A stretch of DNA of 64,000 bases from positions 124,001 to 188,000 of the IMG/VR virus record IMGVR_UViG_3300042010_000106; one strand, written 5' to 3'. Position 1 is the first letter of the stretch. Each line of letters begins with the position of its first letter. Under the pieces are notes generated by a model. It was not told the origin of the DNA. It worked only from the letters and a program-made list of their open reading frames with translations, and did not search any database. Shown here piece after piece: positions 59,487 to 64,000 of this stretch. A program made the position numbers and the translations under genes.

Positions 59487-59763
59487 GAATTTGACGATTT
59501 ACGAAATGCACGACAAGAAACGCCCGAAAGCTCCAATGGCAGAAATGCTTATGGGGTTTATGAAAAACCCGGCGTACAAAGTCAGCTTCTACGCGACTCC
59601 GCAAATGCTGCAAAAGATCATTGATGTCTACGGCCCGGTTGAGGATTTGACGCACATTCCTAAACACTATGTGCCGTCGATGATCTTCGTTCAGATTGAA
59701 CAAACGCGCTTTGTTAAAAAGCTCATGTTCGGCAACTTCTCAAAGGAAATGATTCTGCCATGA
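59476..59763 (+). CDS. Hypothetical protein
   Basis: GGAG RBS. Confidence 0.65.
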   Translation: MLDKNLTIYEMHDKKRPKAPMAEMLMGFMKNPAYKVSFYATPQMLQKIIDVYGPVEDLTHIPKHYVPSMIFVQIEQTRFVKKLMFGNFSKEMILP

Positions 59764-60269
59764 CATTTAAAGTCGGCGTTATCTTTGCGTGTGACAAAAA
59801 CGGCGGTATTGGTTTCGAAGGCCATATGCCTTGGCACGCGCCCGAGGATTTGAAGCAATTCAAAATCCGCACAATGGGCAAACCAATTATCATGGGGCGT
59901 AAGACGTGGGAAAGTTTCGAAGGCCGCATGCTTCCCGGTCGTCCGCACATTGTAATCACGTCGCAGAACATTTCGATTCCGTTGACGGGTTTGCAACAAA
60001 TGCACATTGCACGTGATTATGCCGAAGCGCTTTATCAGGCTATGCAGTACGGTGACGAAGCGTGGGTAATTGGCGGCGCGTCATTGATTGAACAGGCAAT
60101 GCGTAGTGCTTCAATGATTCGTATCACGCATATGAAACATGAATACAAAACCGATGTCCGTGTGAATAAGAAAGCGTTGGAACGCGTTTATGCAAACCGT
60201 GTTTCTGCGCATGAAATCTGGTCGTTGGAAACTGAACAGTTCACAGTCACTGAATACCAGATGAACTAA
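59760..60269 (+). CDS. folA: Dihydrofolate reductase
   Basis: GIGFEGHMPWHAPEDLKQFK..T..IIMGRKTWES..LPGR..WVIGG. Confidence 0.95.
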   Translation: MTFKVGVIFACDKNGGIGFEGHMPWHAPEDLKQFKIRTMGKPIIMGRKTWESFEGRMLPGRPHIVITSQNISIPLTGLQQMHIARDYAEALYQAMQYGDEAWVIGGASLIEQAMRSASMIRITHMKHEYKTDVRVNKKALERVYANRVSAHEIWSLETEQFTVTEYQMN

Positions 60270-60273
60270 GCCG

Positions 60274-60309
60274 AAGCCCGCATTCCTTAACTGGTCTGGC
60301 GGGCTTTTT
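60274..60309 (+). terminator. Intrinsic terminator (long loop)
   Basis: AAGCCCG..CGGGCTTTTT. Confidence 0.75.
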
Positions 60310-60317
60310 AGTTTGTG

Positions 60318-60347
60318 TTGACAGGCACTTATGCGTTCTGGCATAGT
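60318..60347 (+). promoter_or_regulatory. Sigma70-type promoter
   Basis: TTGACA-18 nt-CATAGT with extended -10 TG. Confidence 0.65.
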
Positions 60348-60377
60348 ACGGCTTCCTTTAACTAGGTAGGACGCAAG

Positions 60378-60608
60378 ATGAAAGCAATTAAGGAAACCGC
60401 TGTAGTGTTCGAACATGTTGTTGTAGTCGAGTACATAGCACCGCAGAACTTCTACAGCATCACGATTGACGATGTTTGTTATACGGACTTGAAGGGCAGC
60501 GGCGCTCTTAACGATGTACACCGCCGAGCCGCACGCAAGGTTCTGGACATGATCGAAGAGCGCACCGGCTACACCGCAGCAATACAGACGGCCTACAAGC
60601 TCCTGTAA
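60378..60608 (+). CDS. Monocistronic small hypothetical protein
   Basis: AGGA RBS, own promoter and terminator. Confidence 0.7.
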   Translation: MKAIKETAVVFEHVVVVEYIAPQNFYSITIDDVCYTDLKGSGALNDVHRRAARKVLDMIEERTGYTAAIQTAYKLL

Positions 60609-60622
60609 CAGTCCTAGAAACG

Positions 60623-60664
60623 AAAAAGCCCCCGAATCCATGACAGAGACGGGGGCTTTTCTTT
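60623..60664. terminator. Bidirectional intrinsic terminator
   Basis: AAAAAGCCCCCG-15 nt-CGGGGGCTTTTCTTT. Confidence 0.85.
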
Positions 60665-60681
60665 GCGCGGCGTATACGCGA

Positions 60682-60945
60682 TTAGGCGTAGTGCTGTTTC
60701 AGTATGGCGAGCTTGCGTTGCGTCATGCGTAACTGAGTCATTAGCGCACGGGTGTTAGGCGAATCATCGTCTGTAGCTTCCAATTGCTTTTTAAGTCTCA
60801 GAATTTCATCACGAAGGGCCTGAACTTGTTCCCGGTATCCTGAAGCCATTGCAGCGCGAGCGCCCGCATAAATCGACTTCGGGTGTTTCTTTAGATACTT
60901 TCTTTTTGCAGATGATGCCTTACCGTGAAACCAATGCTTAGCCAT
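60682..60945 (-). CDS. Basic protein with YLKxHPxSxY motif and coiled coil
   Basis: WF..AS..KYLKKHPKSIY. Confidence 0.7.
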   Translation of the reverse strand: MAKHWFHGKASSAKRKYLKKHPKSIYAGARAAMASGYREQVQALRDEILRLKKQLEATDDDSPNTRALMTQLRMTQRKLAILKQHYA

Positions 60946-60947
60946 GA

Positions 60948-61406
60948 TTACGCTGCCTTACGTTTCGCGCCAAGTTTGACGGAACGGTCGTGGGCTTTCT
61001 GGCCCTCTTTCCGCACTTTCTCATATACGGATGTCAGATGCTTAACTTGCGCATCGTCACCGCGTCCCTTAGCCTTTTGAATGGCTGTTTTTACTTTGAC
61101 CATTTTCAACGCATATTGCGCTTTGAGTTTGGTCAATGCCGTGTCGGCTTTAACTTTCCCATCCCGCGACATTTTGCGATTGTGCTTACTGTCCTTAACT
61201 TCGGTCAGTTTGCCACCTTTAGTGCTGTGCGTGATACGGCCCATCTTACCCCAACGTCCGTACCCCATACTTTCCAAACCGAGTTTACGCGCACGGTTTG
61301 CAACTGCACTAACCTTTGGCTTTTTCTTGCCAGATTTCTTTGCAACTTTTTTCACAGCAGGTTTAGGCTTTGCACTAGCGACCCGCTTCGGTTTGGTCGT
61401 GGCCAT
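60948..61406 (-). CDS. Very Lys-rich, histone-H1-like protein
   Basis: K/R/A-rich; ARKLGLESMGYGRWGK..ITH..GGKL module. Confidence 0.7.
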   Translation of the reverse strand: MATTKPKRVASAKPKPAVKKVAKKSGKKKPKVSAVANRARKLGLESMGYGRWGKMGRITHSTKGGKLTEVKDSKHNRKMSRDGKVKADTALTKLKAQYALKMVKVKTAIQKAKGRGDDAQVKHLTSVYEKVRKEGQKAHDRSVKLGAKRKAA

Positions 61407-61764
61407 TTAGGAATCCTGTTAATTCAGTTGTGATTACGTGGAGCAGATTAATACTGTCCGCAATTGCTACCGTGTACAAACGTCGCACAACCACTTTCGT
61501 GTTCACGCGCTGAATGACGTATATTTCGGTAGTGTCTTTGAAGTCAATGTGCACAAACAATTCCAATCCATATTTCTGAATTGAGAACGTCGCACGTGTA
61601 TACGCGTCTGCTTCCAAAAAGAAGTCGCGAAGTTCCCCGCGTGGAACCAGTGTGCACGTGTAATTCACACACCAGCCGGGGAACTCCTGTTCAATCAGGC
61701 GCGATATATTGTGCATTGAATTCGTGATCAATATATCGGGTTGAGCGGTTACGTTGACAAGCAT
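61375..61764 (-). CDS. Hypothetical protein
   Basis: TAATG coupling, GAGG RBS. Confidence 0.65.
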   Translation of the reverse strand: MLVNVTAQPDILITNSMHNISRLIEQEFPGWCVNYTCTLVPRGELRDFFLEADAYTRATFSIQKYGLELFVHIDFKDTTEIYVIQRVNTKVVVRRLYTVAIADSINLLHVITTELTGFLNGHDQTEAGR

Positions 61765-62189
61765 TAGCTGCGCCTCAAATTCATAACACGTTGAGTTGTG
61801 GCGCGCATACTGTCGCGTACCCCTTTGATCCTGTCCTGCAATGCTTTCTTGCGTGCGGCCCACGTTACAGCTTTCTTTGGATCTTTTGGCCGTGGTGGAA
61901 ACGTTGCCAACTGAGAACGAAGTTTAGACATTTGCTGTCCTTTTTTCATCTTCGCATCAGTCGTGCTTTTAATCGTTCGATTTGTCTTCACGTCTGCACG
62001 ATGTTCCGCGTGTTGACGTTTGGACGGCGGGGCAGTTTTCGTGCTGGCACCATCGAGACTCAAGCCCGCTTTCTTGTAGCGTGAATTCGGGTGACTCTTC
62101 AGGTATTTCGCTTGCTGATTCTTACTCGCACGATTCAGAAACCAATTGCCTTTCGGTTTGGTCTTAGCTTTCTTCGGTTTTAGGGCCAT
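61764..62189 (-). CDS. Basic protein with YLKxHPxSxY motif
   Basis: WF..AS..QAKYLKSHPNSRY; GGAGG RBS. Confidence 0.7.
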   Translation of the reverse strand: MALKPKKAKTKPKGNWFLNRASKNQQAKYLKSHPNSRYKKAGLSLDGASTKTAPPSKRQHAEHRADVKTNRTIKSTTDAKMKKGQQMSKLRSQLATFPPRPKDPKKAVTWAARKKALQDRIKGVRDSMRATTQRVMNLRRS

Positions 62190-62472
62190 CTGGCGTCCCT
62201 CCCCGCGCACGTTCGTTATCCAGAATACGTGCAAACGATTCACCAAAGAATCCGTATTTTGGATCGCGATATTTGCTAACGTCGATACGATTCCTTTGAT
62301 TCGGAATCAATTCGTCAGCAGTGAAATCTGGTTCCGTATCAGGCATTACAAACGGCGGGAACATCTTGGCTGTGCGGCGTTCCGCAATGGCCTGCAATTC
62401 CTGTGTGGCACCTTTGAAAATGTCTTTGAAATCTTTTGGTTCCTCGCTGGCAAGGCAGAGCATGATTTTCAT
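62164..62472 (-). CDS. Hypothetical protein
   Basis: ATGA overlap. Confidence 0.65.
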   Translation of the reverse strand: MKIMLCLASEEPKDFKDIFKGATQELQAIAERRTAKMFPPFVMPDTEPDFTADELIPNQRNRIDVSKYRDPKYGFFGESFARILDNERARGGTPDGPKTEES

Positions 62473-62732
62473 CGGGCTTCACCTTGTCGATTCATACGGC
62501 CCAACCAATTCGATTTGGACACGTGCATTTTGTCGATGTAATCGTGAGGCATTGTCGCCCCTTGATCTTGAACCTGTGATTCGTTGGCAAGCAGGCTTTT
62601 CTTCTTTGACCGTGGAATGTCACCGATCAATTCGTCATCGTCTGCCCAGCGTGCAATACGGGCGCCGCCGCGTTGGTCACTGTCGGTACTCTTTGATTCA
62701 CGGCCTTGGATTTTAAGCGAGATTTTTGCCAT
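62469..62732 (-). CDS. Small charged hypothetical protein
   Basis: Operon packing. Confidence 0.65.
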   Translation of the reverse strand: MAKISLKIQGRESKSTDSDQRGGARIARWADDDELIGDIPRSKKKSLLANESQVQDQGATMPHDYIDKMHVSKSNWLGRMNRQGEAR

Positions 62733-62738
62733 TTGTTT

Positions 62739-62969
62739 TTACTGGAAGCGCACGGTATCCACTATATCAATCCGCGTACGTTCCGCTCCTTTCGTATTGG
62801 TGTCGATAATTCCCTTACGTTTCCGTTTGGGGATTTTCTTTGTCTTTTTGCCTTTCGTTTTGTAAACAGGTGGCTTACCTTCTTTCGCATTGTCGAAACT
62901 GATATAGGGCAATGCGTCCCAACGGTCAGCACTTCGACTAGTACGAGCCAATGACAATTCAATTTCCAT
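62739..62969 (-). CDS. Small basic protein
   Basis: GAGGA RBS; downstream of CGTAATTTT. Confidence 0.65.
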   Translation of the reverse strand: MEIELSLARTSRSADRWDALPYISFDNAKEGKPPVYKTKGKKTKKIPKRKRKGIIDTNTKGAERTRIDIVDTVRFQ

Positions 62970-62986
62970 TTGCGTTCCTCTGCTAC

Positions 62987-62995
62987 AAAATTACG
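62987..62995 (-). promoter_or_regulatory. CGTAATTTT candidate late promoter
   Basis: Immediately after a terminator hairpin. Confidence 0.5.
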
Positions 62996-63021
62996 AAAAG
63001 AGCGGGGTTTTTAGGCCCCGC
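62996..63021 (-). terminator. Intrinsic terminator
   Basis: GCGGGGCCTAAAAACCCCGCTCTTTT on the minus strand. Confidence 0.7.
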
Positions 63022-63029
63022 CCATTCGC

Positions 63030-64000
63030 TTAGTTGTAGCCTGCTGTATTGCGGTACTCTTCTGCGTTCTCAATCAAACCACGCAAAAGATCCGCAATGT
63101 TCTGCCCACTGTTCGCGAGGTTGTCTTCGTAATCTTCCAATTCATCTTCAGGGAAGTTATCGAAGAACTGACGCAAATCAGCCAGTTGTGAATCATCATC
63201 GTAACCAATCATCGACAGAATTTCTTCTGCAACCCGAACGATTTTGCTATTCAAATCAACCTTGGCATAGTTGCGATCTTCAATGATCTTTTTCGCTTCG
63301 TCTAAAACTTCAGCGTATTGTTCATCGTAGTTGTCGTCATCTGGATTGAGTGCAACACCCATTTCCTCGGTGTAAACCAATTCGCGGGCGGCTTCGTCTT
63401 CGTCCTGTGTTTCTTCGACTTCCAAAGATTCACAATAGTTTTCGAATTGCGTAATGGCTGTGCCCAGCATTGGCAACGACTTGATTGTACGAATGATTTG
63501 ACGATTGGAACGCGCCACTTCTTTCATACTGAAACGCGAAAATGCCAAGGTGTCTTCTTCCATACCACTGGCGTTTGCTGCATCTACGAGCAGGGGCAAG
63601 ATCGAAAGCATTTCAACTTTACGTGCGTTTTCATCCGTGCCGAAAACTACGTGACCGAACAGTTTGCCGAGTGGTGGGAAATCGTGTTCCTTATTCTCGT
63701 TGTACCATTCGTAGAACGCATCGTTATCCATGTCTTCCAGCGCGACTTTATGGCTGAGTGTCATTGGTGGATCGAGCAAGCGCCCGGTTGCCACACAAAG
63801 ACGCAGAACCAATTCAATAAAATCGTTTTCGTCTGGATCAATTGGATCGCCTTTCCATTCGTTAAGCTTGTCTGCAATGAATGGAACCATGTCGCTCAAG
63901 TTATTCGCAACGCTAGGCACGTTACGGTTTACGTACTTGAGCAAAGGCAGATGGAAGTGCGCCAGCATTTTGATGTTCCAATGCGTCCAGCGAGTCGAAT
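63030..64000 (-). CDS. Acidic hypothetical protein, C-terminal part (frame open to the window edge)
   Basis: ORF 63030..63968 continues without a stop to the end of the window; D/E-rich. Confidence 0.7.
   Translation of the reverse strand, partial: STRWTHWNIKMLAHFHLPLLKYVNRNVPSVANNLSDMVPFIADKLNEWKGDPIDPDENDFIELVLRLCVATGRLLDPPMTLSHKVALEDMDNDAFYEWYNENKEHDFPPLGKLFGHVVFGTDENARKVEMLSILPLLVDAANASGMEEDTLAFSRFSMKEVARSNRQIIRTIKSLPMLGTAITQFENYCESLEVEETQDEDEAARELVYTEEMGVALNPDDDNYDEQYAEVLDEAKKIIEDRNYAKVDLNSKIVRVAEEILSMIGYDDDSQLADLRQFFDNFPEDELEDYEDNLANSGQNIADLLRGLIENAEEYRNTAGYN

Noticed and set aside
1-64000. tRNA, rRNA or large structured ncRNA; alternative genetic code
   Set aside because: Intergenic gaps are short and accounted for by terminators or promoters. 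No cloverleaf was recognised. Genes are intact under the standard code, with TAA, TGA and TAG all used as stops.

Overview
The window is a 64-kb segment of a large, probably jumbo, myovirus genome. The host is most likely Pseudomonas, inferred from a close AmrZ/AlgZ homologue. All family assignments come from motif reading, without database searches. There are four blocks. (1) 1-14.1 kb (+): tightly packed accessory genes, including RHH regulators (AmrZ-like, and an RHH fused to an IF2_N-like domain), a Nudix hydrolase, DUF4326, an AlaRS-like fragment and two arrays of diverged paralogues. (2) 14.2-53.3 kb (-): a late region with a lysis-like cassette, a four-gene membrane/periplasmic cluster, and a long tail-fibre/baseplate module. 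That module includes LamG, discoidin-like, PA14-like, Calx-beta and thrombospondin-C-like domains, four collagen paralogues, baseplate wedge proteins, gp25 and PAAR. (3) 53.4-60.6 kb (+): thymidylate synthase, DHFR, a P-loop protein, three proteins resembling isolated HK97 capsid A-domains (one fused to a papain-like protease) and a moron-like cassette. (4) 60.7-64 kb (-): small basic, probably head-internal proteins. A recurrent GTAATTT element precedes several transcription units and is a candidate late promoter. No tRNA, rRNA, CRISPR array, integrase or transposase was recognised. The best candidates for undescribed systems are the capsid-fragment 'decoy' family, the stand-alone periplasmic sensor cluster near the lysis genes, and the register-matched four-collagen/lectin fibre system.
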